A stretch of DNA of 10,376 nt from Candidatus Eiseniibacteriota bacterium (GTDB taxonomy: Bacteria > Eisenbacteria > RBG-16-71-46): NCBI GenBank assembly GCA_031366795.1, contig JANLOX010000175.1, positions 1 through 10,376 on the forward strand. The letters are read 5' to 3'. Shown here piece by piece: positions 1-6,050 of this stretch. Under the pieces are notes generated by a model. The model did no database searches and had not been told where the DNA came from. It saw nothing but the letters and a program-made list of their open reading frames with translations. How positions within the stretch are numbered: the stretch's first letter is position 1; each line of letters starts with the position of its first letter. Made by a program: the position numbers and the translations under genes.

Positions 1-51
1 GAGATTGCGCATGGGCCGCTGGACCTGCGGAAACAGGATGGGGTTAGCCAC
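1..51 (-). CDS. 5' fragment of the gene downstream of flgB, probably flagellar basal-body rod protein FlgC (runs off window edge)
   Basis: GTG at 51-49 preceded by GAGG and overlapping the flgB-like stop (TAA 46-44). The frame is open to position 1: (M)ANPILFPQVQRPMRNL. The flgC identity is inferred only from the conserved flgB-flgC gene order. Confidence 0.4.
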   Translation of the reverse strand, partial: MANPILFPQVQRPMRNL

Positions 52-343
52 GATCGCCTCGGATCGCCGTGCGCATCAGCGAGTAGGCGTCACGCAGCAG
101 CTTCGCGTCGGCTTCATAGCGCAGCTGCGTGTCGGCAAGCGAGGTCATGTCGCGCTGCAGATCGGCTTCCTGCTGCGCCTTCGCGGCCTCCGACTGGAGC
201 TTGTCCCCGAAGGCCGGATTCGCGGCCGAGCTGAGCCGTCCCGCCACGCGGTCGGCGATCACGCGATGCGTCGCACTCGTTTCCTCGAGTCCGCCGCGCA
301 GCATGCTGCTCAGCGCATTGGGACCGAACAGTGATCGAATCAT
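44..343 (-). CDS. flgB: FlgB-like flagellar basal-body rod protein (short, divergent, 99 aa)
   Basis: ATG at 343 with strong SD GGAGGGAGG (357-349). N-terminal L..GL.....HRVIA and C-terminal DLQRDMTSLADTQLRY resemble FlgB segments (RQ.VIA; D.E.EM..LA.NQ..Y). Sigma54 promoter upstream and flagellar context. Confidence 0.7.
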   Translation of the reverse strand: MIRSLFGPNALSSMLRGGLEETSATHRVIADRVAGRLSSAANPAFGDKLQSEAAKAQQEADLQRDMTSLADTQLRYEADAKLLRDAYSLMRTAIRGDRG

Positions 344-380
344 CGAATCCTCCCTCCGTGGATGTCGCCACCTGCGGTTC

Positions 381-397
381 AGCAAGACGCATACCCA
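381..397 (-). promoter_or_regulatory. sigma54 (-24/-12) promoter for the flgB operon
   Basis: Minus strand reads TGGGTATGCGTCTTGCT: GG (395-394)-N10-GC (383-382) with a TTGCT -12 element, about 40 nt upstream of the flgB ATG. A GAFTGA-type activator gene is adjacent. Confidence 0.7.
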
Positions 398-514
398 GCA
401 GGTCATTTGTTCCAGCGGCGCTTCCGTGCAGCGAACCAACCGTCACATTGACAGCAACATGCAGTCGCGAATCCTGCTGCTCGTCTGCATGCCGAGAACG
501 GTCATCCCGGCAGT

Positions 515-555
515 GGCGGCAGGGATTGCCGCCGGTGAAGCGGCCAAAAATTCCC
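515..555. promoter_or_regulatory. Candidate enhancer (UAS) pair for the sigma54 activator
   Basis: Perfect inverted repeat GGCGGCA-GGGAT-TGCCGCC (515-533) plus degenerate copy CGGCC-AAAAA-TTCCC (541-555), about 120-160 bp upstream of the -24 element. The same core recurs at 2136-2191. Confidence 0.55.
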
Positions 556-584
556 CTGTGCCGCGCATTCCCGTCCGTATCGCA

Positions 585-2021
585 TCACGCCGCGAGCCGC
601 GTGGGCCCGTTCAACTTGTTGCGCAACGTGCGCTCGCTGATGCCCAGCAGCCGTGCCGCGCGCGAGCGATGCCCGCTCGTTGCGGCCAACGCGCGCTGGA
701 TCGCCGCGCGTTCCAGGCAATCGAGATCGAGCGTCTCGTCGAAGGCCGGCAAGCCTGCGCCGCGCGATACGCTCGAGCGGTTACCCGCCACCGCGGTGAG
801 CGTCGCGTGGGGTGCTGCCGTGGCAGCGCCCATGGCAGCCCGTTCGCGGCTCAACGGCTCGGCCGCGGCGTCGAGGCAGAAGTCCTCGAGCGCAAGCGAC
901 TCGCCGCGCCCGAAGATCACCGCGCGCTGCACGGCATTGGCGAGCTCCCGCACGTTGCCGGGCCACGCGTAGCCCTGAAGTGCTGCCATCACCTCCGCGG
1001 GTACTTCGCGCACCGCATGCCCCGACTCGAGAGCCGCGCCGCGCACGAAGTGATCAACCAGCGGCGCAATGTCCTCGGGCCGCTCGCGCAGTGTGGGCGT
1101 GCGCAGCGAGATGACGTTGACGCGATAGTAGAGGTCGCTGCGGAAGCGCCCGGCCTGGGTCTCGACGCGCAGGTCGTGATTGGTGGTGACGATGATGCGG
1201 GCATCGATGGCGATCGGCCTGTTCCCGCCGACGCGTTCGATCTCGCGCTCCTGGATGGCCCGCAGCAGCTTGGCCTGCAGGTCGAGTCGCATCTCGGAAA
1301 TTTCGTCGAGCAGCAATGTGCCGCCCTGGGCGCGCTCGAACGCCCCGGCCGCCCGGTTCGTCGCCCCCGTGAAGGCGCCGCGTTCATGGCCGAACAGCGT
1401 GCTTTCGACGAGGCCTTCGGGCAGGGCCGCGCAATTCACGGTCACGAAGGGGCCGTTGCTGCGTGGGCTGCGCTCGTGAATGGCCCGCGCGATGAGTTCC
1501 TTGCCGGTGCCGGATTCGCCTTCGAGCATCACCACCGCGCGTGAAGAGGCGACGAGGGTGACGCGCGACAGCAATTCGCGCAGCGCCCGGCTGCGGCCCA
1601 CGATGGGCCGCGTCAGCGTGGCGGAGGGTTCGTCGTGGGGGCCGGCAGGCGCGGCTTCGGGGCTCGTCGCCTCGCGCAGCACGCGAGCGAGTGCAGCCGT
1701 GTCGATCGGGCGCGCCACGACATCGGTGGCGCCGTGACGCATGGCGAGCACCGCGCGCTCGACCGAGGCATCCGAGGGCACCCAGAGAATGGGGAGTTGC
1801 GGGTGGGCGATGCGCACGCGGCGAATGCCCTCGAAGCCTGGGCCCTCGCCGAGCCGGTCGCCCAGCACGACGACGGCGACCTCGGTGTTCTCGACCAACG
1901 TCAGCGCTTCGCTGATGCTGGCCACGAGCCGTACTTCGCAGCCCAGCCGCTGCAGCGCATCTTCAATGACCGCCGCCACCGCGGGTTCGCGTTCGACGCA
2001 CACCACCGGGATCATCGTCAT
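585..2021 (-). CDS. Sigma54-dependent enhancer-binding transcriptional activator (NtrC/FleQ/FlrA family) with degenerate N-terminal receiver domain
   Basis: Walker A GESGTGKE, intact GAFTGA, Walker B LLLDEI, FRSDLYYRVN, WPGNVRELAN and C-terminal Fis-type HTH (GHRSRAARLLGISERTLRNKL). Start uncertain: ATG 2021, ATG 2015, or TTG 2030 behind GGAG. Confidence 0.95.
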   Translation of the reverse strand: MTMIPVVCVEREPAVAAVIEDALQRLGCEVRLVASISEALTLVENTEVAVVVLGDRLGEGPGFEGIRRVRIAHPQLPILWVPSDASVERAVLAMRHGATDVVARPIDTAALARVLREATSPEAAPAGPHDEPSATLTRPIVGRSRALRELLSRVTLVASSRAVVMLEGESGTGKELIARAIHERSPRSNGPFVTVNCAALPEGLVESTLFGHERGAFTGATNRAAGAFERAQGGTLLLDEISEMRLDLQAKLLRAIQEREIERVGGNRPIAIDARIIVTTNHDLRVETQAGRFRSDLYYRVNVISLRTPTLRERPEDIAPLVDHFVRGAALESGHAVREVPAEVMAALQGYAWPGNVRELANAVQRAVIFGRGESLALEDFCLDAAAEPLSRERAAMGAATAAPHATLTAVAGNRSSVSRGAGLPAFDETLDLDCLERAAIQRALAATSGHRSRAARLLGISERTLRNKLNGPTRLAA

Positions 2022-2135
2022 ACGTTCCAAGAAGACTCCGTTCTGCCCAGGCGCAAAGCAATCCAGCGCGGATCGCGGCGGGCGCCCCAAGGGAAGCTGG
2101 CGAACACCCTAGGATTCAGGCGCCAGACACGGTCT

Positions 2136-2191
2136 CGGCAAGAACTGCCGCAGGCTTAAGCGGAAATTCGTGCCTGCGGCAAGAGCCGCCG
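2136..2191. promoter_or_regulatory. Cluster of three CGGCA-N5-TGCCG-like boxes in the divergent intergenic region
   Basis: CGGCA-AGAAC-TGCCG (2136-2150, perfect), CGGAA-ATTCG-TGCCT (2161-2175), CGGCA-AGAGC-CGCCG (2177-2191). Confidence 0.5.
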
Positions 2192-2228
2192 CTCGCCCAC
2201 GCGAAACGCGCCGGTCAAAAGCTTCCGG

Positions 2229-2258
2229 GCTCAAGCAATCGGGGGTCCCCGCCGATCC
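2229..2258 (+). promoter_or_regulatory. sigma28 (FliA)-type promoter for flgL
   Basis: GCTCAAG (2229-2235)-N15-GCCGATCC (2251-2258), similar to the TAAAG...GCCGATAA consensus. The same motif precedes flagellin and flgM. Confidence 0.7.
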
Positions 2259-2307
2259 TCCCCTGTGTCCGGTCGCTCGTATCCGCTCACGCGTTACGGA
2301 GGGGTTC

Positions 2308-3174
2308 ATGCGCATCACCAATTCCATGCTCGTCCAGAACGCGCTGCGAGGGATGCGCGCGCGGCTCGGTGACCTGTCGCAGGCGCAGTCGCGCGCGACC
2401 ACGCTGCGCAGGCTGAACGCGATGTCGGACGATCCGGTATCGGGGGCGGAGCTCTCGCGCATCGACTCCACACTGCGCGATGTCGCGCAGTACCGCCGCA
2501 ACGCCACCTCGGCGCGCACGCGACTGTCGGTCGAGGACACCGTGTTGACCTCGATGCGCAAGCTGGTCTCGCAGGCCCGCACGCTCGCCACGAGCGTCGC
2601 CGCACTCGCGGACGTCGATCCGGCGCGCCAGCGGGCGTTGCAGCAGTTGGGCGATGTCCAGGAGCAGCTCGTGGCGCTGGGCAACACGAAGATCGGCGGC
2701 GAGTACCTGTTTGGGGGCGCCAAGACGGCCACACCGCCATTCCTCAGCGACGGCACCTACATGGGCGACTCGACGGTGCGCTCGGTGCAACTCGACCAGG
2801 GCGTCTCCATCGAGACCGTGCACGCGGGGGATCACAGCATCGGCGGCGCGCTGCTGTCGTTGACGACGTTGCACCAGAGTGTGGCGACCGAGACCGAGGC
2901 GCAGATCACGGCGTCGGTCAGCAACCTGCGAGCGTACGAGGACCAGTTGCTGTCGGACCAGGCCGAAGTGGGATCCAGGCTGCAGGTGATCGCGGAAGCC
3001 GATACCCGGCTCGTGCAGACGAACAGCTCCACGCTGGATCGACGCGACGCGCTCGATGCCGTCGACCCGGCGGAAGCCCTGGTCACCGTGCAGTCGGCGC
3101 AGACCGCGCTCCAGCGTGCCTACGCCGTCGTGGGCCGCGTGATGCAGACGAACCTGCTCGACTACTTGAAGTAA
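2308..3174 (+). CDS. flgL: Flagellar hook-associated protein 3 (hook-filament junction) FlgL
   Basis: ATG 2308 with SD GGAGG (2298-2302). MRIT N-terminus, SDDPV motif, NTKIGGEYLFGG...TPPF motif and C-terminal QTALQRAY...NLLDYL are typical of FlgL. Confidence 0.9.
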   Translation: MRITNSMLVQNALRGMRARLGDLSQAQSRATTLRRLNAMSDDPVSGAELSRIDSTLRDVAQYRRNATSARTRLSVEDTVLTSMRKLVSQARTLATSVAALADVDPARQRALQQLGDVQEQLVALGNTKIGGEYLFGGAKTATPPFLSDGTYMGDSTVRSVQLDQGVSIETVHAGDHSIGGALLSLTTLHQSVATETEAQITASVSNLRAYEDQLLSDQAEVGSRLQVIAEADTRLVQTNSSTLDRRDALDAVDPAEALVTVQSAQTALQRAYAVVGRVMQTNLLDYLK

Positions 3175-3273
3175 CGCAGCGCCTCGCCTCCAGCCCCCCT
3201 CCGCGCCACCGGACTGCACTACGCAGCGTCGCCGATGCATCGCGCACTGCTTTGTGCCGCAGCGAATTCCCCC

Positions 3274-3302
3274 GCTCAAGTTCCACGCCGACCCTCCGAA
3301 GC
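3274..3302 (+). promoter_or_regulatory. sigma28-type promoter for flagellin
   Basis: GCTCAAG (3274-3280)-N14-TCCGAAGC (3295-3302). The -10 is more degenerate than in the other two copies. Confidence 0.55.
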
Positions 3303-3383
3303 TACAGGTCACGGGCCCAATGCAGCCCGTCCGGGTAGAACGCCCGGGATCCAATCCTTTATCCCCAGAAAGGGGTTTCTCAC

Positions 3384-4196
3384 ATGAATGACATCACCCT
3401 GTCGGGCGCAATGCGTTCGGACCTCGTCCAGTTGCAGCTCGTTACCGCGCTGCAGTCCCGCACCACCGAGCGTCTGGCCACCGGCAAGCGCGTCAACAGC
3501 GCGACCGATGATCCGTCGGCATACTTTGCCGCGCAGGATCACCTGAGCCATGCCAACGACCTGGCTTCACGCAAGTCGGATATGGGCGAAGCGCTCAAGG
3601 GCATCGCCGCTGCGAACGCGGGTATCACGGCGATCACGTCGCTGATCCAGCAGGCCAAGGGTCTTGTGACCTCGGCCCGCAGCTCCAACACGGCTGCTCG
3701 CGCCACGCTGGCGACGCAGTTCACGGCGCTTCGTACGCAGATCGACGATCTCGCAGGCGACGCCGGCTACAAGGGCAAGAACTTCCTCTCCAGCGACACG
3801 CTGGCGGTGTCGTTCAACGAAGACTCTTCGTCGAACCTGACGATCACCGGCTTCGATGCCTCGACCGGTTCGGCTGGACTCAACATCGGCGCTGCCGCCG
3901 GTAACTGGGCCGCCAACTCCAACCTGGACACCGCGAACACCAGCCTCGATGCGGCGTTGGTCACGCTGCGGTCGAAGGCGGCGACGCTGGGCTCCAACAC
4001 GAGCGTGATCAGCTCGCGCAACGACTTCATCACTTCGATGGTGAACAATCTGAACGCGGGTGCCAATGACCTGACGTCGGCTGATCCCAACGAGGAAAGC
4101 GCGAACATGCTGGCGCTGCAGACGCGTCAGCAGCTGGGCATCGCCACGCTGGGTCTTGCGAACACGTCGCAGCAGGCCATCCTCCGTCTTTTCTAG
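3384..4196 (+). CDS. fliC: Flagellin (minimal 270 aa, alphaproteobacterial-style termini)
   Basis: N-terminal RLATGKRVNSATDDP; C-terminal ADPNEESANMLALQTRQQLGIATLGLANTSQQAILRLF; Ala/Ser/Thr/Asn-rich with no Cys; SD AAGGGG at 3370-3375. Confidence 0.95.
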   Translation: MNDITLSGAMRSDLVQLQLVTALQSRTTERLATGKRVNSATDDPSAYFAAQDHLSHANDLASRKSDMGEALKGIAAANAGITAITSLIQQAKGLVTSARSSNTAARATLATQFTALRTQIDDLAGDAGYKGKNFLSSDTLAVSFNEDSSSNLTITGFDASTGSAGLNIGAAAGNWAANSNLDTANTSLDAALVTLRSKAATLGSNTSVISSRNDFITSMVNNLNAGANDLTSADPNEESANMLALQTRQQLGIATLGLANTSQQAILRLF

Positions 4197-4199
4197 GCA

Positions 4200-4260
4200 G
4201 CGGAGGGGAAGCGGCGGCGGGCTACCCGGGTAACTCCGGGTCGCCGCCGCCAGGCTCCGC
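4200..4260 (+). terminator. Long GC-rich stem-loop immediately after flagellin (terminator-like or mRNA-stabilising; no U-tract)
   Basis: Nested pairings GCGGAG(4200-05)/CTCCGC(4255-60), GCGGCGGCG(4211-19)/CGCCGCCGC(4242-50), ACCCGGG(4224-30)/TCCGGGT(4235-41), with loop TAAC. Confidence 0.5.
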
Positions 4261-4349
4261 GAATTCGTTCTCCATGGGGCGGGCCGCTTAGGCCCGCCCT
4301 GCGGATCTCACGGATGAGAACCTCACGAATTCTGGAATGGAAGGGACCC

Positions 4350-4739
4350 ATGGCATTTCGACTGACTCTCAAGCCGCGCGAGCGTGCCGTGATTTCCGGA
4401 GCGGTGATCCGCAATGGCAATCATCGCACGGTGCTGCTGGTGGAAAACGAAGTGCCGATCCTTCGCGAGGGGGACATCTTGTCCCCTCGCGAAGTTCATA
4501 CGCCGAGCGATCGGGTCGTACTCGCGATTCAGCTCATGTACCTGGCACCCGAGGAGCGGGAGAAGGTGCGCGAGACGTACGACGAGTTGGTCGCGGACCT
4601 TCGCGCCGCGGCACCCAGTCTGGCTCGGGATCTGGAAATCGTGAACGAGCATGTACTCGCCGGCCGTTACTACCAAGCGTTGCGCGCCGCGCGTCAGCTT
4701 CGTCAGGATGAACGGAGGCTTTTCAACCATGTTCGCTAG
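4350..4739 (+). CDS. flbT: Flagellin translational regulator FlbT
   Basis: LTLKPRERAVISGAVIRNG, ILREGDIL, TP, IQLMYL and GRYYQALRAARQL match the FlbT family pattern. ATG 4350 follows GGAAGGGA. Adjacent to flagellin and flaF. Confidence 0.92.
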   Translation: MAFRLTLKPRERAVISGAVIRNGNHRTVLLVENEVPILREGDILSPREVHTPSDRVVLAIQLMYLAPEEREKVRETYDELVADLRAAAPSLARDLEIVNEHVLAGRYYQALRAARQLRQDERRLFNHVR

Positions 4740-5121
4740 CGCACGCCAGACTTATGAAGCCGCAACCAAGACGTCGATCTCCAGCCGTGAACTCGAAGCG
4801 CGCGCCCTGTCCAAGGCCGCCCAGCTGCTCCATGATTGCGCGCAGCAGTGGGCCGCCCCGGGACGCGCCGCGCGGCTGGATGAGGCGATCCGCTTCAACC
4901 AGCGGCTGTGGTCGGTGTTCCAGGCCGAGCTGGTGAGCCCGGCCCATGAGCTGCCGCTCGAGCTGCGCATCAACCTGTTGCGCCTGAGCCAATTCATCGA
5001 CAAGCGCTCGTTCGAGGTGCTGGCCGAGCCGTCGCCGGACAAGCTGAAGGCGCTGATCGACCTGAACCGCAACATCGCCGAGGGCTTGCGGATGGAGCCG
5101 GCGACGGTTCCGGCGCGTTAG
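4729..5121 (+). CDS. flaF: Flagellar biosynthesis regulator / flagellin chaperone FlaF
   Basis: RELEARAL, AIRFNQRLWSVF, LPLELRINLLRLSQFI and LIDLNRNIAEGL are FlaF family hallmarks. ATG 4729 with SD GGAGG (4714-4718); overlaps the flbT end by 11 nt. Confidence 0.93.
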   Translation: MFASARQTYEAATKTSISSRELEARALSKAAQLLHDCAQQWAAPGRAARLDEAIRFNQRLWSVFQAELVSPAHELPLELRINLLRLSQFIDKRSFEVLAEPSPDKLKALIDLNRNIAEGLRMEPATVPAR

Positions 5122-5176
5122 CCCGTGACCCATGTAATGCCGGCCGCGGGGCGGATTGAGTCGTTTCACCCAACGG

Positions 5177-5205
5177 GCTCAAGTCCTGGAACAACCCGCC
5201 GATAC
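5177..5205 (+). promoter_or_regulatory. sigma28-type promoter for flgM-like gene
   Basis: GCTCAAG (5177-5183)-N14-GCCGATAC (5198-5205), a near-consensus -10. Confidence 0.8.
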
Positions 5206-5299
5206 TCAAGGGGGCAGGAGCCGGCCATCGTGACACCGCAGCTGCCGCAGGATGCGGCGGATTCTGCCGGTGGCGGCAGCACTCGCGAGTGGGGGAAGC

Positions 5300-5629
5300 G
5301 TGGATATTCGATCGACACCTTCGGGATACACGCCCAAGCCGGCAGCGGGGCGGCCGCGCGCGACAAACGCGGACACCGCGAACCATCAGGGCGTGGCCCC
5401 GCAGCTGCCGTCCGAGGATTCGCGCACGGATCGCGTCGAGTTGTCGGCTGCCGCCCGGGAACTCCAGGCGCAGCTCGAGCAGCCCTCGAGTGCCGCGGGC
5501 CTGACGCCGGCGCGCATGCAGCAACTCTCCCAGCGCATGAGCAGCGGGTACTACGACCGCGCCGACACCGTCGAGCGGATCCTCGCCCGCGTGATCACCA
5601 GCGGCCAGGCCGGAGCCCCGAGAGAGTAG
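5300..5629 (+). CDS. flgM: FlgM-like anti-sigma28 factor
   Basis: GTG 5300 after GGGGGAAG; 109 aa. Low-complexity N-half, DRVELSAAARELQ and RMQQLSQRMSSGYY resemble the FlgM D.V.LS and R...LK..I..G.Y motifs. Has its own sigma28-type promoter. Confidence 0.72.
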   Translation: MDIRSTPSGYTPKPAAGRPRATNADTANHQGVAPQLPSEDSRTDRVELSAAARELQAQLEQPSSAAGLTPARMQQLSQRMSSGYYDRADTVERILARVITSGQAGAPRE

Positions 5630-5633
5630 TTCG

Positions 5634-6050
5634 ATGAGGGCGCTCGTGGCGGACAGTTCCGCCACCACGCGGCGTGTGCTGATCCGGGCACTGCGAGTTG
5701 TCGGGGTGCGCGACGTCATGGAGTTCGCCGATTCGCGCAGCGCTACGCCCGCACTGGCCGGCAGTCCCGAGCTGGTGGTGGTTGAGTGGCGGCTCACCGA
5801 CGATGACGCGCTGGCGCTCGTCACCGACCTGCGCGCCCGCGAGAATGGCGGGTCAGGGCGCGTGCTGGTGCTGTCCGAGCGGAGCCGGCGCGACGACATC
5901 GAGCGCATGGCGGCGCTGGGTATCCAGGGCTACCTGCTCAAGCCGTTCGAGACTCGCGTGTTGATCGAGCAACTCTCCGCGGTGATGGAAGCCCCGATGC
6001 CCGAGGCCGAAACGGACGCGGGAGCCGGCGAGGACGCCGCCGCGGCTTGA
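5634..6050 (+). CDS. Single-domain CheY-like receiver protein, atypical (phosphoacceptor Asp replaced by Glu)
   Basis: Receiver fold pattern ALVADSS...PELVVVEW...VLVLS...GYLLKPF; starts 4 nt after the flgM-like stop; acidic C-terminal tail. Confidence 0.85.
   Translation: MRALVADSSATTRRVLIRALRVVGVRDVMEFADSRSATPALAGSPELVVVEWRLTDDDALALVTDLRARENGGSGRVLVLSERSRRDDIERMAALGIQGYLLKPFETRVLIEQLSAVMEAPMPEAETDAGAGEDAAAA

Noticed and set aside
129..1544. 471-aa plus-strand ORF
   Set aside because: Antisense shadow of the bEBP and flgB-like genes; no recognisable motifs, and long shadow ORFs are expected at this GC content.
2050..2125. GG-N10-GC matches on the minus strand upstream of the bEBP gene
   Set aside because: They lack the TTGC -12 and TGGC -24 context together; such matches are frequent by chance in GC-rich DNA.
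2170..2307. ORF-track N-terminal extensions (flgL from 2170; likewise flgB 439, flbT 4314, flaF 4651, ECF 9155)
   Set aside because: The downstream starts match family N-termini and mostly have SD sequences. The extensions overlap promoters or neighbouring genes.
2287..3354. 355-aa minus-strand ORF (and 2109-2756)
   Set aside because: Antisense to the well-supported flgL; Arg/Gly-rich shadow composition.
4994..5908. 304-aa minus-strand ORF
   Set aside because: Antisense to flaF, the flgM-like gene and the receiver; no SD or family motifs.
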